A DNA stretch of 64,000 nt from Thermoproteota archaeon (GCA_026986575.1 JALSOH010000004.1:32001-96000), one strand, 5' to 3'. Shown: positions 1-9,263, counted from the first letter of the stretch. Translations and numbers: made by a program. The notes: generated by a model from the sequence alone, not told the origin.

Positions 1-65
1 TCCTCTACCCTCTTCACAGTACCGACAACGAGCTCGTTCCTCCTCGGGAAGGCCTTGTAGCTCAC
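1..65 (-). CDS. eif2a: Translation initiation factor aIF2 alpha, N-terminus only (runs off window edge)
   Basis: Read manually: GTG at 65 gives MSYKAFPRRNELVVGTVKRVE, the S1-domain start of aIF2alpha; follows L44e-S27e as in the conserved archaeal cluster. Confidence 0.85.
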   Translation of the reverse strand, partial: MSYKAFPRRNELVVGTVKRVE

Positions 66-274
66 TCTCTCACTCTACCCAAATACTCGATGACCGTCGC
101 CAAGATCTCGGCCTTACCACCCCTAGGCCTGGCCAGCACCTCGTCGCACACGTGGCACTTGACCTCTCTGGAGGCGTGAGAGAAGATTATCTGCTCGTTA
201 CCGCACTTAGGGCACCTCACCCTGACGAAGTAGCTTTTGGGGAGGGGGATCAACTCCATCTCATCCATGGGCAT
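62..274 (-). CDS. rps27e: 30S ribosomal protein S27e
   Basis: PKSYFVRVRCPKCGNEQIIFSHAS..CHVC zinc ribbon; ATG at 274 overlaps L44e stop with GGAGGTG SD. Confidence 0.96.
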   Translation of the reverse strand: MPMDEMELIPLPKSYFVRVRCPKCGNEQIIFSHASREVKCHVCDEVLARPRGGKAEILATVIEYLGRVRE

Positions 275-552
275 CACCTCTTTATCTCCACCCTGGCCAG
301 TCTCCCCAAGTTCTTCATCACTTTCCTGCCACACTCCTCGCATGTGAGTATGAGGAGGATCTTCTTTGTGGTTTTGGCCTTCCTCCTCAGCTTACCTCTG
401 GGCTCTCCTCCGTAACCCCTCCTCTTCCTCTCAAGCTGCCTCTGACCCCACGACATCGTCCGTGCCTTGCCCTGCTTGTACAGGGAGACCTTGTGCTTGG
501 TATGCCTGCCGCATCTGGGGCAGTACGTGTTGATCTCTGCGGGAACCTTCAT
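274..552 (-). CDS. rpl44e: 50S ribosomal protein L44e (eL42)
   Basis: TYCPRCGRHTKHKV, GYGGEP, KTTKK, CEECG motifs. Confidence 0.97.
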   Translation of the reverse strand: MKVPAEINTYCPRCGRHTKHKVSLYKQGKARTMSWGQRQLERKRRGYGGEPRGKLRRKAKTTKKILLILTCEECGRKVMKNLGRLARVEIKR

Positions 553-1049
553 TCCTCGACCACCTCAACAACTCCCTTCTCCTTTAAGGCCGCCGCGTTC
601 TCCGAGGGAATGAATGCCACATCGCCCTCGGAGAACGGTCCGTAGACCTTCATGTCTACACCAACGAATTTGGCCACGGGAGTTTTAAACGTTACTAATA
701 CCCTCTCGACCCCGTCGCTCAGGGGGGTGAAAACACTTCCCTCCTCATTTTCCTCCTCAGTCTCGAGTTGTTCGGCTTCATAAACAGCTTTTCGGGCCTC
801 TTCTGAGATTATTCCACCATAAAGAGCTCTCTTGAATGTTTTAGTTATGGATAATGCGTTTTCCATCTCTATTCGCAGGTCCCTGATCACCTCGGCGGCC
901 TTGAGGTATATCCTACCCTCCAACCCCTCCGGCAGGTTCGTCAACAACTCTTCTTCGACTGACCTGAGACGCTCAATTAAGGAATCGTCAACTCGGCCCT
1001 CGGCTAGCGAGATGAGAACCTCCCTTATAACATCCTTGTACTTTGCCAT
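549..1049 (-). CDS. GINS subunit, Gins51 type
   Basis: Helical A domain plus C-terminal B domain FVGVDMKVYGPFSEGDVAFIPSENAAAL; between priS and L44e. Confidence 0.85.
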   Translation of the reverse strand: MAKYKDVIREVLISLAEGRVDDSLIERLRSVEEELLTNLPEGLEGRIYLKAAEVIRDLRIEMENALSITKTFKRALYGGIISEEARKAVYEAEQLETEEENEEGSVFTPLSDGVERVLVTFKTPVAKFVGVDMKVYGPFSEGDVAFIPSENAAALKEKGVVEVVEE

Positions 1050-1080
1050 CTACCCGGTAGGATGGAACGAGTGATCATAA

Positions 1081-2235
1081 TTAATGATTGAGTGGCTCCG
1101 CCCTCCCCCTTAAGATGACGAATGCCGCCGCGAAACCGGGCAGCTGAACCTCCTCACCCGGCGAATATGGCCCGAAAGCCTCATCTTTCAATCTGAACGT
1201 GGGAATGGGCATCTTCACTCGGACCTTGATCTCCGGCTCTGAGGGCAGACCGACTGCATCTTTGAACGGATTGAAAGCCCCATACTCATCCAAAGAGAGT
1301 CGTAAAGCCCTGAATCCGGTCTTACCGTGGATGCTGTTCGGTATCCTAGTCAGTCTCCCCGTGTCCATGGTGACCATCCAGTCGATCCTCGCTCCGGACC
1401 TCTGAGCCGACTCCTTAAGCAGGTTGAGGAGGTGCTTCCTCTCCCTAGAGCTGAGTTTGACTCCCATATCCCTCGATAAGAGGAGTACCTTCTCCCTCAG
1501 AGAGGGGGCTAGTTTCGCATGACCACTCAACAAGTGCTGTAAGGCCCTCCTAGCGATACTGCTCCTCAGATCAAGCCTCACGAGCCCCTTCTTGACTATG
1601 AACAGGGGAGTAGGATCGAAGCCCTTGCCCATCGCGTAGAAGGCGACCTCCCTCCTTCCATCCTTGGATAGAGTGGTCAGTTTCCCCTCAGAGACCCTGA
1701 CGTGGAAACCCCTGTTTCCCGTGTATGAGACCGCTATCTCGTCCAAGGAGGCGCCGAGGTCCTCTGACAGCACCTCTATGAGCTTTCTCACCTCGTACTT
1801 GGTCAGCGATATGCACCTCTCGTTGAGCCAGTGGTTGACCTCTATCCTCTCAGACCCGCATTTCGGGCACTTCCCCGGTGGGATTCCCTTCCCAGTGAGG
1901 CCGCAATTCCTGCACCTCCACACAGACTCACTCTCACATTCCCCGTCCTTGAAGTCCGTGGAGTCTATATCGAAGAGGAGCTCCGCCCTTATAGGTTCCT
2001 TCTCATCCATTGGAGCCGTCGGGTTCCTGTACAGGGAGACAGAGTAGTAGGCGTGCATGGGCGGGTTGTCCACCAAGTACCTCCTGAGCTCCGGGAGGTC
2101 CCTGAAGGATACATGCCTCCTGACCTTCCCCTCGAAGTCCCTGAACATGAACTCCCTTAGGGGCACATCCGAAACGTAGATGGTGCCTGCCATGCTCCTG
2201 TAATATTTAGCGAAGAGCGTCTCGAGCACCCTCAA
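1081..2235 (-). CDS. priS: DNA primase catalytic subunit PriS with Zn-ribbon insertion and GINS-B-like C-terminal domain
   Basis: REF, RHVSF, ELLFDID, YTGNRGFH, DWMVTMDTGRLTRIPNSIHGKTG motifs; TTG at 2235 coupled to priL stop. Confidence 0.93.
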   Translation of the reverse strand: MRVLETLFAKYYRSMAGTIYVSDVPLREFMFRDFEGKVRRHVSFRDLPELRRYLVDNPPMHAYYSVSLYRNPTAPMDEKEPIRAELLFDIDSTDFKDGECESESVWRCRNCGLTGKGIPPGKCPKCGSERIEVNHWLNERCISLTKYEVRKLIEVLSEDLGASLDEIAVSYTGNRGFHVRVSEGKLTTLSKDGRREVAFYAMGKGFDPTPLFIVKKGLVRLDLRSSIARRALQHLLSGHAKLAPSLREKVLLLSRDMGVKLSSRERKHLLNLLKESAQRSGARIDWMVTMDTGRLTRIPNSIHGKTGFRALRLSLDEYGAFNPFKDAVGLPSEPEIKVRVKMPIPTFRLKDEAFGPYSPGEEVQLPGFAAAFVILRGRAEPLNH

Positions 2236-3161
2236 TCCAAACCCTCCAGCATGTACCTCCTTCCACAATCACCGGGGCAAAGGCCCCAATTCTTCATGGT
2301 CTCGCAGCTCGGCGCCTTGTACTTCCTCCTAGCTATGTGAGAGATCTGGTAAGAAGCTATCCTCTCGTTGAAGTCCGGTGCACTCCGGAACAGATCTAGC
2401 ACCTGCTCCTCCGACCAGCCCACATTGAGTAGGAAGGATGTGAGGGCGAACCTGGCCTGATGGGTCAGGTTCTCTCCCCTCCTGAGTTTGGATATCAGGT
2501 CCTTTATGCAGGGCGGGAAGTCCCCCTTCTTAGGCCTCTTGAACCTCTTCCTCATCCTCTTGGCGAACATATCCGAGATCTCCTTAGCTATCTCCTCCAA
2601 GGGATCAGGAAGTTCGACTCTTGGAGTTTCCATTACCCTCATCTTTATGTATTCCGAGATCAGCCTTCTCAGGTCCCTTTCGTTCACGAGGACGTACCCC
2701 TTCCTCACCACACGATTGACGAGCCTCCATTTCGGTCCACCTATACCGGCACAACCGTTGGAATAGCTGACCACGTCGACCCAGAGTCCATCATCGAGCC
2801 TGAGCTCGAAGCCGAACGTCTCTCTAGCCAGATCAACCAGTTTCTCCGTGGGTAAGCGTTCGGATAGTTCCATGAACCTCTTGGCCTCGTAATTGGCCAG
2901 CCTGCTGAGCATCGATCTCCCGACCCTAGAGGCTATGAGCTTCGCTGCGACGAAGGCGTAAACCTCGTTCACAGGGTTGGTCAAGTCTGGATGGATGGTC
3001 CTCCCCTCGATGGCCCTGATCAGCCTCTCCCTAGCGAGCCTCCTAGCGTTCTCCAGCAATGGATCGAAGGCTAAGTCTTCCAATGTGAGGCCCTGCTCCT
3101 CCAGAAGGGCTGCAGCCTCCCTCGAAAAAGGAGCAATGAGGAGGATCTCCCCTTCCCTCAT
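2232..3161 (-). CDS. priL: DNA primase large subunit PriL
   Basis: WRLVNR, FPPCI, NLTHQARFAL, PDFNE..YQISHI, PSCETMKNWGLC Fe-S domain motifs. Confidence 0.94.
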   Translation of the reverse strand: MREGEILLIAPFSREAAALLEEQGLTLEDLAFDPLLENARRLARERLIRAIEGRTIHPDLTNPVNEVYAFVAAKLIASRVGRSMLSRLANYEAKRFMELSERLPTEKLVDLARETFGFELRLDDGLWVDVVSYSNGCAGIGGPKWRLVNRVVRKGYVLVNERDLRRLISEYIKMRVMETPRVELPDPLEEIAKEISDMFAKRMRKRFKRPKKGDFPPCIKDLISKLRRGENLTHQARFALTSFLLNVGWSEEQVLDLFRSAPDFNERIASYQISHIARRKYKAPSCETMKNWGLCPGDCGRRYMLEGLD

Positions 3162-3165
3162 CTGA

Positions 3166-3918
3166 TCATACCTGCAGGTGGGCTAAGTAGTAGGTTATGC
3201 CAGCCCCCTCTATGCCTCCGAGGGGGTAGGTGAGTTTGAGGGGAGCCTGCGTCTTCAATTCCAGATCAGCCTCCTCGGAAATCTTCGCCGGCTTCGTCAT
3301 CTTCTCCAAGTAGGCCATGTTATAAACGCTCTTAGAGGGTTCCTCGGCCCAAACATCAATCAGAGCCCTGTCTTCCTTCGTGATAGATATTGTGGCCTTC
3401 CCCTTGTCGCTCTCGGCCTTGAATTCGATCTTTTCGCTGTCTATGTAGATCTCAACGTCGGATCCTATTATCTTCAGATCCTTTATGGCATTTGGTATCA
3501 CATCGCTGTCGAGCCTCGCCTTGGCCTTGTAGTCCACCTTTATCGTCTTGAACTCGAATGGGGTTCCGGCCAGCAGGGGCAGCTCGAAGTTCTTCCTGTA
3601 TCCATCGGTCGCGGTCACTTTCATCAGGGACTCGGTGAACTCCAGCTCCACCCTCTCCTTAGCCTTCACCCTCTTCAGTATCTTGGAGAGGTCGGTGAAG
3701 TTTATCCCATAGAAGTTCGACTGGTCCACCTCGAAGTCTATGAAATAGGTTCTGGGGAGTATCAGCTGGATCATTGCAGTTTTAGAGGGATCCAAGGCTT
3801 GGAGACCCATGCCCTCTTCCGGATCCAGCTTTATTGATGCCTCGCCCACTAGGGATTCGACCGCGTCAACTATGGCCTTGAGGGTGCTAGCCTCCTCGAA
3901 GACCACCCTATTTACCAT
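3166..3918 (-). CDS. pcn: DNA polymerase sliding clamp PCNA
   Basis: QALDPSKTAMI, YNMAYL, PLKLTY, ITYYLA motifs; about 250 aa. Start could be 3918 or 3927. Confidence 0.93.
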   Translation of the reverse strand: MVNRVVFEEASTLKAIVDAVESLVGEASIKLDPEEGMGLQALDPSKTAMIQLILPRTYFIDFEVDQSNFYGINFTDLSKILKRVKAKERVELEFTESLMKVTATDGYRKNFELPLLAGTPFEFKTIKVDYKAKARLDSDVIPNAIKDLKIIGSDVEIYIDSEKIEFKAESDKGKATISITKEDRALIDVWAEEPSKSVYNMAYLEKMTKPAKISEEADLELKTQAPLKLTYPLGGIEGAGITYYLAHLQV

Positions 3919-4237
3919 CTCTACCACCTTTCAGTTTTCTCTCCACTTCTCGCCTTACCTCATCCACATCCCTGAGCAAACTTATATCTATTCCTGATAT
4001 GTCGGCAATTGCGTACCCCTGCAGCTCTTTGAAATCCTCAGAGGACGTGATCACCGAACCCACCACCAGCACTATGTCCTTGGGCTTGAAATCGGAGGCC
4101 CTATCGTAATACACCCTAGCTCGGGATGTACCGTCATCCAAGATAAGGTAGTTCTCTATCACGTTTATGACCACTCCTATTATGGCCACCTCTCCTTCCC
4201 TAACCTCCCTTATCCTGACCCACTTCAAGTAGAGCAT
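3908..4237 (-). CDS. Small single OB-fold protein, RPA small-subunit-like
   Basis: VAIIGVV..LILDDGTS..DIVLVVG OB pattern with C-terminal helix; located between DP2 and PCNA. Confidence 0.7.
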   Translation of the reverse strand: MLYLKWVRIREVREGEVAIIGVVINVIENYLILDDGTSRARVYYDRASDFKPKDIVLVVGSVITSSEDFKELQGYAIADISGIDISLLRDVDEVRREVERKLKGGRDGK

Positions 4238-4242
4238 CCTCC

Positions 4243-7200
4243 CTACAGGAAATCCACGAGCTTCCTAGCGACCGGCCTCTCCTTACTCTCCCCTTTCTTC
4301 CCTTCGTCCCTGTTCTTTAGAGGCTTCGGCTTCGAATCCGAGGGCTTCTCCCCTAGAACGGATTCTAGTGTGTTCAAAGAGCTGGCATCCTCTTCCTCCC
4401 TGAAGAGGGACCTAGCCTCGGCCTCTAGCACCTTTATCCTCTGGGACAGGTACCCTTCAATCCCGTACTCGCGCATGAGTGATAGTGTTGGCTCCAAGTA
4501 CTTCAGCACCGTTCCCTTGTGCACGGTGAGCTGTATGGGCCCGCCGCACACGAGGCATTTGCCCGAGAGCGGCGGTCTCCTGTACTTGGCATTGCACTTG
4601 GTGCACCTGAACATCTGCTGGCCGAACTTCCTCAGGTTGCCCACGATGTCCCTTATGAAGTGGGAAGAGATGGCTCTCGAAAGGGCGTCCATCTTATCCA
4701 CAGCCTTTATCTTCTCTTCTAGGGAGAAGTGGGCCCTCATCTTGTCCTCCATCTTGTTAAGCTTCCTGTACATCGTCTGGAGCGGTCCCCGGTAAACGTG
4801 GGAGGTGGGTACGGAGTACCCAATTTCCGGGTACTTAACGCCTCTCGCGAGTTCAGTCTCCACCGTCGGCACCAGATCCTTCAGCTTGCCTGGATCCTCG
4901 TACCTGTAGGTGGCCTCGTAGAACGCTGAGGGCAGGGAGGTCACCACCTCCATGTTGTACACCTCATCGTCTATGTACTCGGGATCCACCCTCGTCACCA
5001 TCAGGAGGGGCGCATCCTCCCTTCCTCCTGGAGTGGATGGCAGGAAGTCTTGGGAGAAGTTGATGAGACCATCTAGGGCTAGCATTATGGAGTCCTCATC
5101 CCCGTCGATGTTTCTCCTCTTGGCGGCATGGAGAAAGGGGTGGGCGTAGAGAACGTCAGCGTCAGTGAATCCAATTATCCGGGCGACGTTAGCCACGAAC
5201 GTGTGAGGTGAGATCGTGAGGACTAGGTGCCCCACCAAGTCCTCCTCGCTCTCCAAGTTGTAGAAGGGTTCCAAGCCGTACACCTTTTCCAAGAGCTCAT
5301 CCATATATTTGGAGACCCTGAACAGATACTTCGCGGCCTCCCTAGGTATTATCATGTCTTGCACCTTCAGCTCTAGGATCTGGTCCTCACTCACCAGCTC
5401 CTCCCCGTGAATGTCGTGGGTATAGCCCAGTTCCCTCAGCTTCGAGATGGGAACCCCTGCTTCCTTAGGCTTGAAGTGGGTGAGTGCCGCATTAACGGCA
5501 TCGAATCTGATCGTACCGTCCTTGAAGACGTAAAGGTCGTACTTGCTCCTCAAAATGCCTTTCTCTATCATCTCGGGTGATTTAGATCCACTGGTCAGCC
5601 CCTTAACACCTTTAACCTTTTTCAGGAGTTCCATGGGCTCTCTTAGGTTGGAGAATGCTCTATTCACTTCCTCCTTTATGTTCAGGACCGTCTTCTTGTA
5701 GGGAACCGGATCCGCGTTGGGATGATCTCCACACCTGCCGTTGACCCTCTTGCCGCAAATTGGACAGAACATGAGTTGAACCGTCCTCGTCCCGCACTTT
5801 GGGCATTTGAATCTCGTGGTCTTGGTTCCGCAGCTGGGACACACCCTCAGGGCCACTTCGACCTCTACCTTGCCCTGATTGTATGCGGCCTCCATTGAGC
5901 GAGTCATCCCCTTGAGTTCCCCTATGGGAAAGAGCAGATTCACTGGGGGTTTCATCTTCCTGGGCTTAGCTTTCTCTGGCCTGCCAACCCTCATACCGAT
6001 CTTCGTGGGACCCTTGGGCATCACTTTGACGTCTAGGTGCTCATTGAGGAATCTTAGGGTCTCGTACTCAGAGATCCCATTGATATCGACGTCAGCGGGT
6101 ATCTTGGATGCCAAATACTCTAGGAGAGATGCGTCTTCCCCTTCCACCCATAGCATGTTCATTCCCACTCTATGGGGAACTCCGAGCCTCTCCAAGATGT
6201 CCTTGATCTCATCACTAGCCCTAAGAGAGATAGCCTTCCCAGATCTGGCCCCTTCCCTCGCGGCCTCAAGCAGGGTTAGCAGTTCCCCGATCCTCACGTG
6301 CTCCCAGAAATAAGTGTACCTCGGATGGAGTGGAATACCAAATTTCTTGGATATCTCCAAGGCCTCTAAGAAGGAGACTCTCTGCCATCTCTCCACAGGG
6401 GGAACTATTCCCAACTCTTTGGCCTTCTCGCTCAGGAGGGAATACCACCACTCCTCCACCCAAGCTGATGGGAGGAGCTTGTGGTTGTTTTCGAGGAACT
6501 CCCCAAAACCTATCAAGATATCCCCTAGGTGCAGTATCTTCTCCACTGAACCGGCCAGCACCTTGGCCTGCTCAGGATCGTCAATCCTGACAACACTTCC
6601 ATCCCTGAGCCTCACGACGGGCCCTTCTATCCAATCTACCGGCATCACCACGGCGCTCTTCCCGGGTCTCTCGATCCTGACCTGAGTGCCCACCGCCACG
6701 AAGCTGTCGAGTACGTACATGGTCGCGGGGTTCATTCCTATGCTCGCTAGTCCCGTGTTCCTAGATCTGCCGTACCTCAGCCTGAATCCCCCAATCCTAG
6801 ATGGGTGGGCCAGTACGGGCCTCCCCATGACGGCATCCTTCAGGTACTTGTACGAGGGTTCTACAACTGGGCAGCCTTCGTCCTGTGCTCCCTCGCCGCC
6901 CTTCTCTCCTCGACCGCCATCCTCTCCCAACCATCTCCAAGCGGAATCGTCGAAATCTCCTATGGACTTCTTGAGCTGTTTTATGATCTTCTTCAGCTTC
7001 TTAGCTTTCTGTATGACGCAGTCATTGATGACCAAGACGGCCCCTCCCCTTATCCTGTTGGTCTCCACCCTAGGGAGATTTCTGAAGGAGGAGACCTCCT
7101 CCTTCTCCGTTGGAGGACCCGTTACCTCGATGGGTATGTGCATAACTGCTCTCCTAACCTCTTCAGGCTCGGAGTTGTACTGCAGATGGGCCACCCTCTT

Positions 7201-7773
7201 GTACAGGAAGACCTCCTCTGTGTACCTCTCGACCTCCTCGTGGGTGGGGATGTACCTACCCAAACCCAACCTCTGCCTTATGTAGTCAGCCATTAGGACG
7301 CTTATAGCCCCCTCTGTACCTCCGGCAGTTCTTATCGGCCCGTTATAGTACACTGAGAGGTAGGCATCACGGCCCGCACCCTTTATGGCCACCCTGCTTA
7401 TTCCCTCAATCGGAGCGGAGACTGTGGCATCGGTTATTATGGCCATGCCTACTCTCAGCGCCAGCTCAGCCCTGTATTCGTCGTCTCCCCCAACATCTAT
7501 CTTGGGAACTTCGCCTTCCCTGGGAATTATCTCAGCTATGACCCTGAAAGCCGTCTCTACTTTGTTATCAGTCTTCTCCAGCCAATACTTGACCCTATCC
7601 CCCAAGGACTCCACATTGAAGAGCGCAACTATCCTTTCATGGAGCTCGTTCGCTATCTTTATCTCCACATCCTCCTTAGGGTCGTAACCCGCAGCTCTGG
7701 CCTTCTTGGCGACCTCAAGCACCATCTTCAGGTCTTCTTCGAGCGAGATGAAGTACCTCTCGTCTACCGACAT
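4243..7773 (-). CDS. polC: DNA polymerase D large subunit DP2
   Basis: GPIRTAGGT, GGFRLRYGRSRNTG, KDGTIRFD, HAAKRRNIDGDED catalytic motif, Zn fingers, PIP-like KLVDFL tail; ATG at 7773 about 28 nt below a TTTATA box. Confidence 0.97.
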   Translation of the reverse strand: MSVDERYFISLEEDLKMVLEVAKKARAAGYDPKEDVEIKIANELHERIVALFNVESLGDRVKYWLEKTDNKVETAFRVIAEIIPREGEVPKIDVGGDDEYRAELALRVGMAIITDATVSAPIEGISRVAIKGAGRDAYLSVYYNGPIRTAGGTEGAISVLMADYIRQRLGLGRYIPTHEEVERYTEEVFLYKRVAHLQYNSEPEEVRRAVMHIPIEVTGPPTEKEEVSSFRNLPRVETNRIRGGAVLVINDCVIQKAKKLKKIIKQLKKSIGDFDDSAWRWLGEDGGRGEKGGEGAQDEGCPVVEPSYKYLKDAVMGRPVLAHPSRIGGFRLRYGRSRNTGLASIGMNPATMYVLDSFVAVGTQVRIERPGKSAVVMPVDWIEGPVVRLRDGSVVRIDDPEQAKVLAGSVEKILHLGDILIGFGEFLENNHKLLPSAWVEEWWYSLLSEKAKELGIVPPVERWQRVSFLEALEISKKFGIPLHPRYTYFWEHVRIGELLTLLEAAREGARSGKAISLRASDEIKDILERLGVPHRVGMNMLWVEGEDASLLEYLASKIPADVDINGISEYETLRFLNEHLDVKVMPKGPTKIGMRVGRPEKAKPRKMKPPVNLLFPIGELKGMTRSMEAAYNQGKVEVEVALRVCPSCGTKTTRFKCPKCGTRTVQLMFCPICGKRVNGRCGDHPNADPVPYKKTVLNIKEEVNRAFSNLREPMELLKKVKGVKGLTSGSKSPEMIEKGILRSKYDLYVFKDGTIRFDAVNAALTHFKPKEAGVPISKLRELGYTHDIHGEELVSEDQILELKVQDMIIPREAAKYLFRVSKYMDELLEKVYGLEPFYNLESEEDLVGHLVLTISPHTFVANVARIIGFTDADVLYAHPFLHAAKRRNIDGDEDSIMLALDGLINFSQDFLPSTPGGREDAPLLMVTRVDPEYIDDEVYNMEVVTSLPSAFYEATYRYEDPGKLKDLVPTVETELARGVKYPEIGYSVPTSHVYRGPLQTMYRKLNKMEDKMRAHFSLEEKIKAVDKMDALSRAISSHFIRDIVGNLRKFGQQMFRCTKCNAKYRRPPLSGKCLVCGGPIQLTVHKGTVLKYLEPTLSLMREYGIEGYLSQRIKVLEAEARSLFREEEDASSLNTLESVLGEKPSDSKPKPLKNRDEGKKGESKERPVARKLVDFL

Positions 7774-7800
7774 ATCCCGGTTAAGGCGCCTCACCGAGGG

Positions 7801-7866
7801 TATAAAGGGATGGCCCGGGACATCAAGTCCATCGGGATACTTAATTTAGAAGTGAAAGTTATAAAA
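7801..7866. promoter_or_regulatory. Back-to-back TATA boxes for the polC operon (minus, TTTATA 7806-7801) and elf1 (plus, TTATAAA 7859-7865)
   Basis: AT-rich boxes about 20-30 nt upstream of start codons that lack SD, suggesting leaderless or near-leaderless mRNAs. Confidence 0.55.
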
Positions 7867-7881
7867 TTCGGGTGCTTTGAA

Positions 7882-8127
7882 ATGGGAAGGAGAAAGAGGA
7901 GAACCACTCTTCCGGTCAGAAAGAGGAGGAAGTCCGCCTTCTTCAGGTGCCCCGTTTGTCAGCACAACTCGATAATGGTTGAACTCCACGAGAAGGAGGG
8001 AAAGGCCGTCATCAAGTGTTTCAACTGCGGGCTTGTTGAGGAGATCGAGATGAAGCCGGGAGAGACGAAGGTCGATGTCTACACCAGGTTCTTCGACTCG
8101 TACATAGAGAGGGCGGAGGGAGCCTGA
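7882..8127 (+). CDS. elf1: Transcription elongation factor Elf1
   Basis: MGRRKRR basic N-terminus, FRCPVCQH..CFNCG, KVDVYTRFFD. Confidence 0.92.
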   Translation: MGRRKRRTTLPVRKRRKSAFFRCPVCQHNSIMVELHEKEGKAVIKCFNCGLVEEIEMKPGETKVDVYTRFFDSYIERAEGA

Positions 8128-8129
8128 GC

Positions 8130-8735
8130 TCATCCCTCTCCTATTACCTCAGGAACGAACTTAGGATTATCTATAACTTTGGTTTCCGCGTGTGCCCGCT
8201 TGAGGGCCTCCAGATTCACATCAGTGAGCCTCTTCATCATGGCCCTAACCGAGCTCGCGGCGCTCTCGAGACCCACTATGCCTGTAGCTTTCACTAAGGC
8301 TCCGACCATGGCCGAGTTAGGGACGGGGAGTCCAGCCACTTTCAATCCCAGTTCCATAGAGATGGCGGTAGCATCCACAGTAGCGAGCCTCTGCACCCTC
8401 TTGGGAAGGAATATCTCCGCGGGATCTTCGGGCACGTTCATCACGACTATCGTATCGTGTTTCACGCCCCTCCAAGCCACCTCCAGATTGAGGAACATGG
8501 GATCCAGCAAGACCAGTACGTCCGGCTCATATATCTGACTCCTCAGCCTTATGGGGGAGCTGGAGACTCTAGTGAACGCCATTACAGGAGCGCCTCTCCT
8601 CTCAGCTCCGAAGAATGGAAATGCTTGGGACCATTTGCCCTCCAAGAAGGCAGCTTTAGCCACGATTCTGGAAGCGAGAACGGCGCCCTGACCGCCCCTA
8701 CCGTGCCACCTAATCTCGATGAGTTCGTCCCCCAA
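8130..8735 (-). CDS. porG: Pyruvate/2-oxoacid:ferredoxin oxidoreductase gamma subunit (orphan)
   Basis: EIRWHGRGGQGAV, FPFFGAERRGAPV, PNSAMVGA. Confidence 0.93.
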   Translation of the reverse strand: MGDELIEIRWHGRGGQGAVLASRIVAKAAFLEGKWSQAFPFFGAERRGAPVMAFTRVSSSPIRLRSQIYEPDVLVLLDPMFLNLEVAWRGVKHDTIVVMNVPEDPAEIFLPKRVQRLATVDATAISMELGLKVAGLPVPNSAMVGALVKATGIVGLESAASSVRAMMKRLTDVNLEALKRAHAETKVIDNPKFVPEVIGEG

Positions 8736-8825
8736 ATCCGTTCCCCAAGTTCTACAGGTGTAAACTTTTTAAAACCGTATTGCACCTCACCCTGATGCCA
8801 GTGTTCCCTTTAAGGGGGTGCTTAT

Positions 8826-9248
8826 TTGGTAGAGTCTGAGGATGTTCCAGTCGATATTGACCTAGATGAGGGATCCGATTCCCCCAATCCTAGTAAGGAG
8901 GCTAAATCTCCTGGGAAGAGGTCCTCAGGAAAGTCCTCCTCTAAGGCTAAGAAGACCGCGAAGACCAAGAAGGAGAAGACCCAGAAGAGGACCAAGACCA
9001 CTAGAACCAAGAAGACAAAGAAGGCGATCAAGTATGATCCGACCGAGAACTTCATGGTGCCCAAGCATGAGATAGTCAGCGAGGATGAGAAGAGGGAATT
9101 GGAGAGGATGTATGGGTCCTTGGATTTGTTTCCCAAGATACTCGTGACTGACCCCATAGTGATGAAGTTGGGGGCGAAGGAGGGAGATCTGATCCGGATA
9201 CATCGTGAGGAGGGCTTCTATTACAGGTACGTGGTTAGTAGGAGTTGA
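8826..9248 (+). CDS. rpo5: RNA polymerase subunit Rpo5 (H) with long acidic then Lys-rich N-terminal extension
   Basis: C-terminal VPKHEIV..FPKILVTDP..LGAKEGDLIRIHR..YYRYVV; TTG start after GGGGGTG. Confidence 0.92.
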   Translation: MVESEDVPVDIDLDEGSDSPNPSKEAKSPGKRSSGKSSSKAKKTAKTKKEKTQKRTKTTRTKKTKKAIKYDPTENFMVPKHEIVSEDEKRELERMYGSLDLFPKILVTDPIVMKLGAKEGDLIRIHREEGFYYRYVVSRS

Positions 9249-9263
9249 TTTTACGATTATGTT

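Noticed and set aside
1081-1230. PriS C-terminus resembles the GINS B domain next door
   Set aside because: This shared domain is established; not a recent duplication.
8940-9030. AAGACC/AAG repeats as CRISPR or satellite
   Set aside because: Imperfect coding repeats of the Lys/Thr-rich Rpo5 tail; no spacer structure. No CRISPR array was seen anywhere in the window.
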